Assembly (NCBI RefSeq): GCF_006345805.1
Contig: NC_043008.1
Location: 56,730,001-56,794,000, forward strand
Direction: 5' to 3'
Length of the DNA: 64,000 nucleotides
Source: Octopus sinensis
Taxonomy: Eukaryota
In this document: piece after piece, positions 1 through 13,390 of the stretch
Numbering within the stretch: the stretch's first letter is position 1
Layout of the letters: each line of letters opens with the position of its first letter
Notes under the pieces: generated by a model
What the model was told of the DNA's origin: nothing
Databases searched by the model: none
What the model saw: the letters and a program-made list of their open reading frames with translations, nothing else
Translations under genes and position numbers: made by a program

Positions 1-378
1 AGGACAAAGAAGGACAGATAAACAGGTGAATTCGATTATATCGACCCCCAGAGCGTAACTGGTACTTATTTAATCGACCCCGAAAGGATGAAAGGCAAAG
101 TCGACCTCGGCGGAATTTGAACTCAGAACGTAACGGCAAACGAAATACCTATTTCTTTATTACCCACAAGGAGCTAAACACAGAGAGGACAAACAAGGAC
201 AGACAAACGGGTGAAGTCGATTATATCGACCCCAGTGCGTAACTGGTAGTTATTTAATCGACCCCGAAAGGATGAAAGGCAAAGTCGACCTCGACGGAAT
301 TTGAACTCAGAACGTAATGGCAGACGAAATACCACTAAGCATTTTTCCCGGCGCGCTAACGTTTCTGCCAGCTCGCCG
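1..378 (-). mobile_element. tRNA-derived SINE family B, tandem-unit copy cut by the window edge
   Basis: Minus-strand head ggcgagctggcagaaacgttagc, B box gagttcaaattcc and central gcctttcatcctttcggggtcgat. At least two units of about 184 bp. Confidence 0.9.
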
Positions 379-1728
379 ACATGCATACATGATGTCTGCA
401 AACACGTGTTCGAGTATTGCCATCACCTGATCGAAACTCCCACACATGGGAAAGCTATGACCAGCCATTTTTATGATACATCGTACATTTTTTCAAGCTA
501 TGTCTGTGCATGATGATTTATTTATAGTGGGAAAAGGATTTTCACAAATCCATTCCCATTTTCGTAACATGGACAATATAAACTCGAAGGAAGTACTAGT
601 CTACAGCATCGAATTTTGTCAGTGTCACAGGGTTCCTCTCAGAGTGTCCCTCTCCTAGAGAGATGTTGTGACAACAACAGTAGGACCTCCCATTTTCTGG
701 ACACTAACCCAGGTATTTCCACGTCTCCGCGAACACATACATGCATACATACACACGAGCTCTTCCGCCCTACGTCAGGTCTTAGTTTTCGTCCTGCAGG
801 TCGTCCAACAATCACCTTCCTCACCAAGCAAACTTGATGGGGTTGCCAGTTTGTTCGACCATGCAACAGGTTTTACTGGTTACATGTTACCAATAGCACC
901 AAAGAGCAATCTGACATACATACATACATACGTACGAACGTACGTACGTACGTACATACATGCGTTGGTATATTTATATGACCTGAATATAGCTGTTCGT
1001 CAAAAGATTTCACTAGAATAGATATCAAAACTAAAATAATAAGCATCGCAGTAGGTTTGATCAAACTGATCTCCTCACCGACTCCCCCCGGGCACAGTGA
1101 ATGGACTGAACCACAAATACATATATCTATTTATTTTCATACCGGAAAAAAATTGAGTTTACATTATGTTTAAAATATAGAATTTAGGCAATAATTGGGA
1201 GAAACAAAACACCACCGACTAAACCCACACCATCGAATTATATCGAACAGCTCAATATATAATTCGAATTCAACGGTATTTTGTAATTATCTAACACATT
1301 GCTTTAAAAAAAATATGGTGTGTATTTGATTTACAACTAAACAGATTCTCTTAAATAATATAAATCTTTTGCATGAATTGATTTTCGTTTTATTTATTTC
1401 ATCGATCGGTTAATGATTTTATATTTATCGTTGAAAATTCTATACAGGTTTGTATTGATTTTGAATAAAGTGAGCTATTGAGAAGTAGAGTTTTGTGTTT
1501 TTCTGTTGTGTTTTGTGTTGCGTTGTTTTGCGAAATATCGCAGCTGATATATATCCGTACGGTAATTAATATCCATAACCTAATTGAGTTTTTTAAAAAT
1601 ATTTATATTACATCGAGATGGTATGTATGTATGTGTGTCTGTGTTTATATATGTATTTATGTATGTATAAGTATATATATATATATATACATACATACAT
1701 GCATACTTATGTACATATGTATACTTAA

Positions 1729-1806
<78 letters not shown>

Positions 1807-1906
1807 ATGTGCGTGTGTATACAGTTATATACATGCATACATATATATATATATATGCATATATACATACATATACCTATGTATATGTAAATATAGATAT
1901 ATATGC

Positions 1907-1968
<62 letters not shown>

Positions 1969-2089
1969 ATGCATATATAAGCATATATATATATATATAG
2001 GGAGAGAGAGAGAGAGTGAAAGAGATTGAGAGAGATGTGTACATACATGCATACATACATATACGCATTTGAAATTACTTGAAAGTGAT

Positions 2090-3190
2090 TTTTTTTCAGA
2101 CCCTTGCCCAAACACTACTTGCGATGAGTTTCTGCTAGTCGTTGTAATAAAAGTACCTCTTCCTCTCCCTTTTTCTCCATTGAAACTTTATCTATCACTT
2201 TTTCACCATGGATGCATTATCTATCACGCCATCCGGCGGTTCGACATCCTTCTTTATTTTAGCATCTACACCGTTCCCCTCTTAGCCGAACTTGTTCTCA
2301 TCCCCATACGAGCAGGATATCGTGTGTCTATGGCTACAAGAATTATCCCTATGTCAAATTATTCATCGAGTCAAAAATTCGCTCGCTTGTTCATTGATCT
2401 CACCACCTTATTCCTATACGGTCATGATATTGATGACTGTATCCGTGCAACCACTTTCTTCGTTGAAGAGATAAGTCCTAATTTCAAGTCTACTCTTTTC
2501 ACCTAATTTCAAGTCTACTCTTTTCACCATTGCTTCTCCATCTGTGATTCTTCACTTAATTTTCTCCTCATTGTCATCTCACAATCATCACATCCCCAAC
2601 TTTTCCTTTTCTCTTTTCTTCAAACCTATCGAATCCAATTCCTCTGCGACGTTTCCTTCTTCCATTCATACCAACCAAGCTATGCCCTTCTCCCAGTTCA
2701 TCCGTGTTCGCTGCCTCCGTAGACGCAAGCATATGCTTGACACGCAAACTCACGGAACTGTTTGTCTATTCATTCGAAACGTATATCCATCTAGCCTTAC
2801 CCAAGCTGCTTCCTCCCATGCCGGTGGCACTGACTTTTCTCGTTTCATGTATCACCCATCCGAAACTCAACCAACCTCTCTATGGCACCGTCATATTCCA
2901 ATCTCATCCTGCAATTTCCCTTTCCTTAAATCTTCCAAGTGGTCGGTCATTCCTTTCACCCAGCCCGAAAACTACACATCATCGTCGTTAACAACAAAAT
3001 CTTATCTACACCCCCATCCCTCGCGCAGCTCCTTTACGCCGTCCCATCCAGCTGGTACATCAGCCCTATTTTTAACAACATCACTACACTCGTCAATCAA
3101 AAACACTGTACCTTCCAAATTAGCAACGAATTTTACGTTCCTTCTGAAATTCGTTCTAGATTGTACTCCCAATTGTCCAAGGAGTACGCT
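2090..3190 (+). mobile_element. Decayed Penelope-like element reverse transcriptase fragment
   Basis: The frameshifted translation retains PLE RT motifs: VSMATR (G.AMGTR), IDDCIRAT (YIDDC), FFKPIESNS (YYKPTDSHS) and MPFSQFIRVR (IPYSQFLRLR). Confidence 0.75.
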
Positions 3191-3267
3191 GTAGGAATGT
3201 ATATATACATGTCCTCCATTTCCCGCTGAAAACCATACCAGGGTTTTATTTTCATTTAACGCAGCAT

Positions 3268-3298
<31 letters not shown>

Positions 3299-3304
3299 AA
3301 TATT

Positions 3305-3518
3305 AGGGAATAAATCCAAATTTACAGGGAAAAAATCAGATTTAGGATTAAATCGATTTTATAGTAAAATATTATAAAATATTATTAGAGACAAAACCAC
3401 TATTTTGCAAAACAAACAAGGAAAGACTTAATCAATACATAATATTAAAATTTTATGTATTGATTAAGTCTTTCCTTGTTTGTTTTGCAAAATAGTGGTT
3501 TTGTCTCTAATAATATTT

Positions 3519-3522
<4 letters not shown>
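3305..3522. repeat. Foldback repeat with perfect 70-bp inverted arms between (TA)n tracts
   Basis: Arms at 3373-3442 and 3453-3522 with a 10-nt spacer. Homologous single-arm copies occur at about 7395-7470 and 21498-21645. Confidence 0.9.
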
Positions 3523-3555
<33 letters not shown>

Positions 3556-4489
3556 TTATATACATATAATTTTATGTTATTATATTTTTCCTGCATGTTT
3601 TATTGTAGAGAGTGCTCAATTTGAGCATTTGTTACGATTAATTTCAATAAAGTGTTTTTGAAATCAATAAGGGTGTATTCTTTTAAAAAAACAGGGTGGT
3701 GCGCAACCTCTGGGACACCCTGTATATATGAGTAATCTATGTGTGTCCGTGTGCATGTGTATGTGTGAGTGTCTGTGTATCACAAACGTATATATACACA
3801 CATGTACACATACACATATGAGCTTAGGTTCATTTTAAAAAAGTTTTGCTTGTATGTAAGAAAGCTTTTTCTAATCTATCCTACAGAATTTATGACAGTA
3901 GATTGTGATATGAGGTAAATTTTGGTGTTATTCCTAGCAGGTCAAACAGATATGCATGCGGTTTTCTTCTTGAGCACGTTGTGTTCCTCAGAGCAGATGT
4001 AGTCGAAAGAGAATGGCGAATCACTTTCCCCATCGCGAAAATATCATTTTGTATCGTTCACTAAACCCATAAATGTGCGACGTGTGAAAAATATTGCTGT
4101 TATTTTCAGCTTGCTGAGCACTAAGAGAATGGTATTTGTTTACCAAACCTACCAAACCCTAACATGTCTGTTAGTAAAAGTGTTCGGTTTAAGAATATTT
4201 CGAAATAATTGCAGTACGTCTGTTGCTTTGTTTATTTAAGCAAATAAATATATATGTATATATATTTGAGACAAATCTAAAACATACAAAGGAAAAGTGT
4301 TAAAAGCCATAAAAACAAAACAAACTCGTTCTATTTGCAATTACTTCTTAATTTTTTATGGTTTTTTTCCAGCCATTAATCACTGTTTTTCTGTCAATTT
4401 GTTCTTTATTTTTCTGCACATTATGTAACTTTATTTCTTTGGTAAATTTTAGCAAACTAGACTCGGTTTAATCATGTGAAATATATTGC

Positions 4490-5292
4490 TAAAATTATTT
4501 TCTACTCTAGGTACAAGGCCTGAAATTTGGTGGGAGGACGCCAGCCTATTAGATCGACCCCAGTATGCAACTGGTACTTAATTTATCGACCCCGAAAGGA
4601 TGAAAGACAAAGTCCACCTCGTCGGAATTTGAACTAAAACATAAAGACAAACGAAATACAGCAAGAATTTCGCCCAGCATGCTAACTTAAAATTTAAAGA
4701 ATATATATATTCTTTTCTACTCTAGATATAAGACCTTAAATCGTTGGTAAGGGAACCAGTCGATTAGATCGTTCTCATTGCATAACTGGTACTTAATTGA
4801 TCGACCCCGAAAGGATGAAGGGTAAAGTTGATCTTGGCGGAATTTGAACCCAGAACGTAAAGACAGACGAAACACCTATTTCTTTACTACCCACAAGGGG
4901 CTAAACACAGAGAGGACAAACAAGGACAGACAAAGGGATTAAGTTGATTACATCGACCCCAGTGCGTAACTGGTACTTAATTTATCGACCCAGGGAGGAT
5001 GAAAGGCAAAGTCGACCTCGGCGGAATTTGAACTCAGAACATAGCGGAAGACGAAATACCTATTTCTTTACTACCCACAAGGGGCTAAACACAGAGAGGA
5101 CAAACAAGGACATACAAAGGGATTAAGTCGATTATATCGACCCCAGTGCGGAACTAGTACTTATTTAATCGACCCCGAAAGGATGAAAGGCAAAGTTGAC
5201 CTCGGCGGAATTTGAACTCAGAACGTAACGGCAGACGAAATACCGCTAATCATTTTGCCCGGCTTGCTAACGTTTCTGCCAGCTCGCCGCCT
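4490..5292 (-). mobile_element. Cluster of SINE family B units
   Basis: Four repeats of atcgaccccgaaaggatgaaaggcaaagtcgacctcggcggaatttgaactc. Confidence 0.9.
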
Positions 5293-6307
5293 TAACTAAA
5301 ACCCTTTCTATCAAACGAGGGAGTTTGATGTCATTACTCTCAGTTGCGGTTGCTGCTGTGATATTTGTTTTTGTATTGAAGTGCTTCTAAAATACATTCA
5401 CAGTCTGTAATTTTTCAAGTCTTTTAGCAAGAAGCAGAAATGCTGAAGGCGTTTGAAGCCTCACATGTTTCAAGAGCTGGTCCTGAATTTTGATGAGGTA
5501 ACTCAGGAACCTTTCGGATTATGCGAGGTCCACCTGTTTTGCGATTGATGTAGCTCAAAATAAGTAGTGTTAGAAAGAATTTATTTTTTATCCTTTACAT
5601 TTTACTAGTTTCAGTCAATTGACTGCGCCCATGCTGGAGCACTGCTATGAAGAGTTTTATTCGAACAAATTGACACAATGTCTTAAATTATTTTAAGCAT
5701 ACATATTCTATCAGGACTCTTTTGCCGAACCGTTAATTTACGGAAACGTAAACACACCAACACCGGTTGTCAAAGGGTGAGGGGGAGACAAACACAGAAA
5801 CAAAGGCACCCATATAGATATATACATACATATGTACACACACACAACATACAAACACATATAGAGGATGCTATAATACAAGACACCTGAGCAAGGTACC
5901 GCGCAGCGGGACTGAAACTGGAAACAAGTAGTTAGAAAGCAAACCTCTAACCACACAGCCATGCACCCCACCTATTGTATTAGGTGAAAATGCTAATTAT
6001 AGAATAATCTAGATTGTAATTCATTAATATAACCTCTCTCTAAACTAATTTCATAGCTATTTACTACGTAAATAATTTTGCATGATTTTCTGCCTTTCTT
6101 TTCCTTTCCATAATCTTTTCCATATCCTTAAAAACGCTATGTCCTTCTCCTCAATCCTTCCTTTTACAAATGTTTCAAATAACAATGAAATTTGCTATTC
6201 AATGGCATCAAACTGCTACTTCCAAGTCTAAATAAAACTTATTTAAAGTATTGGAATCTTTAGTGCTCTCTCTATTTTATCTGTCGGTTGTATTCTGATC
6301 CAGTGAT

Positions 6308-6356
<49 letters not shown>

Positions 6357-7465
6357 GTACTTAGTGCGCGCAGGCACACACACCACATCCATCCATACAC
6401 ACAGACACAGAAATGCTCTTGTTTAAAATGTAATACAACTCTTATACACATTTCATCCTATTTGTATTCCATCACACATATGAAACATTTGTATAAAAAT
6501 CAAGAAATCAACTTAAAAAGTAACACCAAAATGGATGTAACTGAAGACAATAACTATAAATAATCATAGATTTACATTGTACATTTACAATTATAACATA
6601 TACTGGTTTCCATATGTATATATTACATATAAAGGGAATATATGCAATAAAACTGCAGAGGTTATGACATTTTTTCTTGAAATGTAGCATTTACAAATGT
6701 AGATGTTCTATATATATATATATATATATATTAAACTACAGCCAAATACTTGAGAAATAAAAAAAATTCATATTTCAACTGTAAAATATAAACTAAACAT
6801 GATTTGAGTAGAAACTCTGTCAAGGGAAGTATTTCAGGACACAATCTTGAAGTTAAAAATTAAATTCTGGATTCTTTTGACTAGGCCAGAGGCCCTATTT
6901 TAGAGGAAGAAAGAAGTTCATGTCTTTCCCAAGGAGACATTAACAAAGAAGTGAATAGATTCAAGCAAGAATTCAAACTGGTTCACTGTTGTAGCTAGCC
7001 AGGAGCTACCTTGCTACAAAGCACCACTCATATCTTCAATAGAAATATTAATACATGCAAGAAAAGAAAAGATGGTTAGAGCTGATAGTTATAGAGAAAG
7101 AAATTCCATATAAAATAACTAAGATAGAAGGAAATTGTTGCTATATCTGACACCTGAGCACAGGTGAAGTAACCAGTTATAATAATGAAATATAATAAAC
7201 ACAAACTGACTAAATTGATATTATGTTGTGGGGAGAGGGGGTTCCTCCACTCTCAAAGGGTTGTTATATTATTAAACTGAGCTGTTATCTCTCTATTTCC
7301 CTCTCCCACCAAACACACAAAGTCATAAGATGTAATTTTTGGCAATTACAAAAACAAATAAAATAAAGAAATAAAAAGTCCGTTTTTTGACTATTTATTA
7401 AAATTTTATGTATTGATTAAGTCTTTCCTGTTTGTTTTGCAAAGTAGTGTTTGTCTCTAATAATA

Positions 7466-7496
<31 letters not shown>

Positions 7497-7515
7497 GCAT
7501 GCTTGTGTGTGTGTG

Positions 7516-7556
<41 letters not shown>

Positions 7557-7611
7557 CTGTATCTGTGTGTGGACAGATGTCGATTTTTTTCCTCAGTCTT
7601 CCTCTGTCTCC

Positions 7612-7648
7612 TGTTTCTGAAGAAGAGCTTTGCTCGAAACGTTAAACA
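7612..7648 (+). ncRNA. Minimal hammerhead motif (Penelope-type)
   Basis: tgttt CTGAAGA A GAGC ttt GCTC GAAA CGTT aaaca: 5-bp stem I, an extra A after A9, 4-bp stem II and a loopless ACGT stem III. Confidence 0.7.
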
Positions 7649-8719
7649 CCATTTCTCTCCTCTGAGCGTCTTATTAATACTTCACATGTACCACGTCCTC
7701 GCGTTGTTGTTTTTGTCTTGTCTTCTTTTCCACGGACAAACACAAAGACCAACTCGCACACGCACACACACACACACACACATATATATAAATATCCGTC
7801 CAATACAATCTCGAATGTAATATGACCCACCATATTACTTCCCTAGCTAAATATCAGTTATGCATCTTGCCCTCTTATATCACATTATTAGTCGAGTGCA
7901 TCCGTAGGTATTATACTTTTAAGCAGCCAGCGTAACATCGAAGCAAATTTTAAAATATAAATCACAAAAGTTAGAAGACCAGAATATATTTAAAAAATGA
8001 CATGTTTCCTGCTCTTCTGAATAACTTTTGCTTAAAATCTATTCAACAATGATTGAAGCACAAATTAAAAACAAAACAAAAATCATTGTTCATCAAATGT
8101 GTTTATAAGATAAAAAAAAAAAAACATGACGTCCAATTCATCATTTCATTCTACAAATATCTTCTGCTTTTCTTCTTGGCTTAGCTTTTCATCAATGTCT
8201 ATTCTTGCCTATTCATCATTTTCTTCCCTTGTGTCTCTAGTTAAATCCTGATCAATTCACAGCAGTTTCTCTTCCGTTCTATACAATTTATTACCAGTAC
8301 CAGTGTTTAAAAAGAACATATGTTCAAATAAAGCATTCTAGTCTACGTTGCTCTACGTGCTAATAACACTCCCCGATGAGCTTTATAGAATATCTAGGGC
8401 TGTTGCTTTTGTTTCATCGGATGGTATTCATAATGCCTAATACTTTGTAACGACATGAAACGGCTGAAAAATATGTAATAACCTACAGCGGGGGTTTAGC
8501 TTGATGATTTTTCATATCTTCTCTGTATTTAATTGATTAGGAGTTGAAGCTTTAAACTGGCCTCACATCGGTGCCTTAACTTTTCTCTAGAAAACCACCC
8601 TGTCACGATTTAGCCAACCTATAGGGTTTTACTATATAATAATCTTAGAAAGAAAATTTCAGAATTTGCTAATCAGATCTCTATAAGAGATGAAAGCAGT
8701 AACTCTACTGAAAAGTAAC

Positions 8720-8845
8720 GTTTGTTGCTACTTCAACATGGCTGTTCTGTAGGAACCGACGTTACTAGCATTTCAACCCTCCTGGGGGTTAAAGTAGTAG
8801 TTACGTCGGTTCCTATGGAGCAGCCATGTTGAAGTGGCGGTAAAC
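8720..8845 (+). other. 126-nt long hairpin with G.U-only transition mismatches
   Basis: The outer 48-bp stem has 40 Watson-Crick pairs, 7 G.U pairs and 1 U.U mismatch, with no A.C. A 2x2 internal loop and an upper stem follow. Confidence 0.85.
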
Positions 8846-10050
8846 ATAATTTTAGAATAGTCTTTCTTTCAAAAATTAAACGTGGGATTTGTGACTATAA
8901 AACTGCAGAATCTGAAGGGTTTTTTGTACCTGTTGTACCCTATTGCTCAAACTTCAGCACTTTGCCTCTTTAGTTACGTTACAAATTTAAGAAATGGTCA
9001 GCTCTTACCATGTAAATTGGAAGGAAGCTGCTATGAAACATTTGGTTTCTTAAAGTAGGGCTCAAAGACTTCGTATATTATATCCCTGAAATCAACGATT
9101 TGAAATTTGAAAAACTAATTCCAAATTTCTCATTTTACGGTATATATTTTGCTTGTAATTTGGATAAAATTTTTATATAATATACGAGCTCGTATCTATC
9201 TTCTCTCTGGTCTCTGCGTATATTTTATGTTTATATCCTTATATTCTAAGTAAATTATATTCCATATTAGCTTATGGGCCTAAAATCTATTTCTTTTTTT
9301 ATATCTAATACAATCCATTATATATTTTTTTATATCTAATACAATCCATTATATATTTTTTAAATAATATTTTTATTCGCTTTCTTCTTATAATTTTAAT
9401 TATTAATTATTCTTAATCTATATATCTAATTTCTAAATTTATCCTAATGCTATAACATTATAACTATGTTGAATTATAATAGTTCTCTCTGAATTATAAT
9501 AGTATTGTGGATCTGATTACCACCCCTATTTTATTTTATTTTAAAATTATATTCCATTATTTTGGAAAATCTCTAATACGGTAATGAATATAAGTATATT
9601 CAGCTTCCTCTATCTCCGTCTCATTATCATACCCCCCCCCCTATTACTCACTCCCTTATTACTACCCATTTGCGAAGATTAAGCCGACATACAATCCCAT
9701 CACTTTTGATAATTTCGTAGGCTGACCCGACATAAATTGCTTCTCTCACCTCTGACCATTAATGACATAGTCATTAAGATAAAAATCCAAACGATCGGAG
9801 CCGATCCTTCCTGTATTGTTAGTTTAGATAACTGGCTCACTTGTGTCGATTACCTCCTCTCACTACTGAGAAACTCTAATAACCCCTAAATTTGTTCCTA
9901 ATAACCCCTAATTTGTTCTGACCAAATATACACTATTCTGATAAGGTCATTCTGCCAACCGAATTGTAGAAGGATCAATGTAAGTAGTTTTACTGCGTGA
10001 ATTTAACTCTGTTGAATAAGTCGAACTGGCCTTTATGTTTGAAGATCAGG

Positions 10051-10134
10051 AATTCATCTGACGAAAACGGTTTCTTTACAATAATGTTTTCATTAATCAA
10101 TTAAAGGATTCGTTGGAAACGGCCGTAATGATTT
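10051..10134 (+). ncRNA. Type I hammerhead ribozyme motif
   Basis: Stem I aattcat/atgattt (6 of 7 paired). Core CTGACGA at 10058-64. Stem II aacggtttcttta/taaaggattcgtt. GAAA at 10116-19. Palindromic stem III ACGGCCGT, then GTA cleavage triplet. A (TA)n tract follows about 30 nt later. Confidence 0.8.
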
Positions 10135-10158
10135 TAAACCTGTACCCCTTTGTTATTC

Positions 10159-10201
<43 letters not shown>

Positions 10202-10443
10202 ATAATACGGTGATTGTTTCTTATCAGGAACAAAATGTTTAATAGGACTGCTAAAGTATTAACATTTAACCGTGATGAACTGTATTCACACTTTTTTTCT
10301 CGCACTTTCTTATATGCTTGTACAGATGAATTATATTCCATCTTCCGTGATGTTTAAATGTATATTCTATGATTAAATGTTCGAGTTATGAAATGTTATG
10401 TGGATGACTTTGCATTTGCTTGTTCTATAACCTTAGTTTGATT

Positions 10444-10477
<34 letters not shown>

Positions 10478-11850
10478 TGTATGTATGTATGTATGTATGT
10501 ATGTACGTATGTATGTACGTATGTATGTATATATATACAGAGACAGAGACAGAGAGATGAAAATAAACAGACATAGCATGATATATCTGACAGACACCTA
10601 CGCACACAAACGCATACATACATACACGCATATGCCTATATGTTATGTTTCGTCTCTGTTTTATATTCATGAACTGACACTACGTAATATATTATAGAAC
10701 AAATTATTTGGTTAACAGTATTCGTAGAAATGACAACAGTTTTTTTTCTCTGGGTTAGTTACGAACATTTGTATTCAAATCTTGTTTACTAAGATGTTGT
10801 ATTTTATCTTTCTACATATATTCATGTACAAATCACGATACTAGACTCTTTATAAGCGAACATACCATTCCCCACCATATGTGTCGAATTATGCTTAAAG
10901 TATAAACAAATATATTAGACCAAAGTGTTGTGGTGCCTGATTCAGGTGATTTATTTAAATACAATATACCACCGATGTTTTATTGAATCAGCCCCAGCAT
11001 AAAGCGTAACGGAAAGGAATCAGACTTTAATATAGTGCACCAGAAGGTAATGAGACGCCGAAGATTGAAAATAAAATAGAATTCTCGTTATTTTCATAAT
11101 AATTATTGAGATGTAAGTTTTGCTTGTATCTAATGTTTAATACGTTTTGTTTGCTTTACAAAGAAAAGATGAACTTATATTGGTGTTCATCTATAAATAA
11201 GAAAACCGCCTTCGTTTGGTTGCTTGAGGTAATCTACTGGAAAATAGTAACGCTAGGTCTCACTCAAATTCCATCTCGGTGTCTTACAATAGGGCATTTT
11301 TGATGCTGGTTTCGAGATCGTGTCGAAATCGTTATGATTCTTTGTTGATAAGTGATGAAGAGTGAGCGTGTCTACGTACTTCCGGTGTTTTCCCTAATTT
11401 GCGAATGTTTCTTCGTCGTCCTATATTTTCTAGTATTAATCTTTTCTTCTATAGTTACAAGGCCTGAAATTTGAGAGGCGGGGACAATCGATTTTATTGA
11501 ATACAGTACACAGCTGGTATTTATGTTATCGATCCAGATATAATGAAAGGCAAAAATCTATCTTGGTGGCTTTACAAACAATAGATGAAATTATATTGGC
11601 GTTGTTCTATATTCAAGAAAACCGCCTCTGCTCGCTTGCTTGATGTAGTTTGCTGGAAATTGCACTACTAGATCTCACTCAAATTCCATCTTGGAACGTA
11701 AAGACGGGTGAAATGTTGCTAAGCATTTTCCTCGGTGAGCTAACGGTTCTGCCACATCGTCACCTTTTTTTCTTTTTGTACAACTAATAATAAATAATTG
11801 GCTTGTTAGAGCTAAACCGCGTTGGCAGAACCATAACTCTGTTGGGTTTA

Positions 11851-12239
11851 TCTTTATATATAAAAGTCAAGTTGTGTGTCTGTCTCCTACGATTTAGATT
11901 CCTAACTACTCCCACATTTTGCGGTGCAGTTTAACCAAAATCTTATAGTCGTGATTCATATCGAGCCCTTCTGGGTATTAGCGCACGTCTACGATGAGTC
12001 TACGATTTAAAAACAAAATTACCATCTTTTATTTCTATTTTAATGCATTTTCTAATGCATATAAGGGAAGTAACTCTCTAAAAATGTCTACGATGAGTCA
12101 ACGATTTTTAAATAAATTTACCATCATTTTTTTTCCATTATTAATGCATTTTTTGGCTATTTTTTGGCTATAACTCTCTAAAAATGCTTATATAGTTATT
12201 TCCCTTACAAACCCGAGGAACGCCGGGCGATACTGCTGG
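11851..12239 (+). mobile_element. Non-autonomous Helitron-like element
   Basis: A|TCTTTATATATAAAA 5' end. Subterminal cccg-aggaacgc-cggg hairpin and a CTGG|T 3' end. Internal duplication of about 100 bp. It lies about 95 bp from the exon donor at 12335. Confidence 0.75.
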
Positions 12240-12334
12240 TTGAAGATAAACTAAAAACAAGAATTACATCGACACCACGGACAGCAACGATAATAACATC
12301 AAAACAATGAGAACGAATACAATTTGTTATTTAC

Positions 12335-12619
12335 CTTGAAAGCATAACCAAAGGCCATTGCAGCATCGCTGACAAATTGTAGCTGGGCTTCAAGATGGAA
12401 GTCATCAGGATCAATCACTTCGTTTCCAGTACATGTTTCGTTATAGATTTCATTAAATGGCGTCCAACTGCTGTTAGGATATTTACACTGGAAATGTTGT
12501 TCCCAATATTCAATAAACCAAGGATTCCGTGTATTTGTCTTCGGTGAAAGAGACAGGAAATATTTTTTGAAACCTTTCACATCGTATGCCAGTGGCTGAA
12601 CGGTGATAGCTCCTTCCAC
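12335..12619 (-). CDS. Next coding exon of the same mGluR-family receptor
   Basis: Minus strand reads ccctgattAG|GTG GAA GGA ... TTC AAG|GTaaat. The exon is 285 nt, phase 0 to 0, in frame with the 18378-18520 exon. It translates as VEGAITVQPLAYDVKGFKKYFLSLSPKTNTRNPWFIEYWEQHFQCKYPNSSWTPFNEIYNETCTGNEVIDPDDFHLEAQLQFVSDAAMAFGYAFK, containing the RNPWF..YW..F.C motif. Confidence 0.96.
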
Positions 12620-12768
12620 CTAATCAGGGAAATAGAAAATGAATATTGAATACAGGTGTGTCGGAAATTACGCGTTAATTCAACAAAATACGTTGGTGGA
12701 AACCAGGCACCCGTGTGTGTATGCTTGTGTGCGTGTGTGCGTGTGTGTGTGTGAGAGAGTGTGTGTTT

Positions 12769-13390
12769 GCATCTGTGCCAGTGTGCGTAAATGTGTGTGC
12801 GTTTGAGAGAGAGAGAGCGTGTGTGTGTATCAGTGCCAGTGTGCGTAAGTGTGTGTGTGAGAGAGAGAGTAAGTGTGTGTGTGTATCAGTGCCAGTGTGC
12901 GTAAGTGTGTGTGAGAGAGAGAGTAAGTGTGTGTGTGTATCAGTGCCAGTGTGCGTAAGTGTGCGTTTGAGAGAGAGAGAGCGTGTGTGTGTATCAGTGC
13001 CAGTGTGCGTAAGTGTGTGTGTGAGAGAGAGAGTAAGTGTGTGTGTGTATCAGTGCCAGTGTGCGTAAGTGTGCGTTTGAGAGAGAGAGAGCGTGTGTGT
13101 GTATCAGTGCCAGTGTGCGTAAGTGTGTGTGTGAGAGAGAGTAAGTGTGTGTGTATCAGTGCCAGTGTGCGTAAGTGTATGTGAGAGAGAGAGAGAGCGT
13201 GTGTGTGTATCAGTGCCAGTGTGCGTAAGTGTGTGTGTGAGAGAGAGAGTAAGTGTGTGTGTGTATCAGTGCCAGTGTGCGTAAGTGTGCGTTTGAGAGA
13301 GAGAGAGCGTGTGTGTGTATCAGTGCCAGTGTGCGTAAGTGTGTGTGTGAGAGAGAGTAAGTGTGTGTGTATCAGTGCCAGTGTGCGTGA
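12769..13390. repeat. Compound minisatellite, about 12 units of 52-60 bp
   Basis: Core tatcagtgccagtgtgcgtaag recurs at 12831, 12887, 12941, 12995, 13051, 13105, 13157, 13211, 13267, 13321 and 13373, separated by (GT)n(GA)n spacers. Confidence 0.95.

Noticed and set aside
1478-2111. Long ORFs rich in YI/CV/HT/MYVC repeats here and throughout the ORF track (e.g. 13557-14037, 17387-17707, 31258-32297, 50925-51413, 56885-57371)
   Set aside because: They are translations of (TA)n, (TG)n, (TATG)n and (GATA)n microsatellites, not genes.
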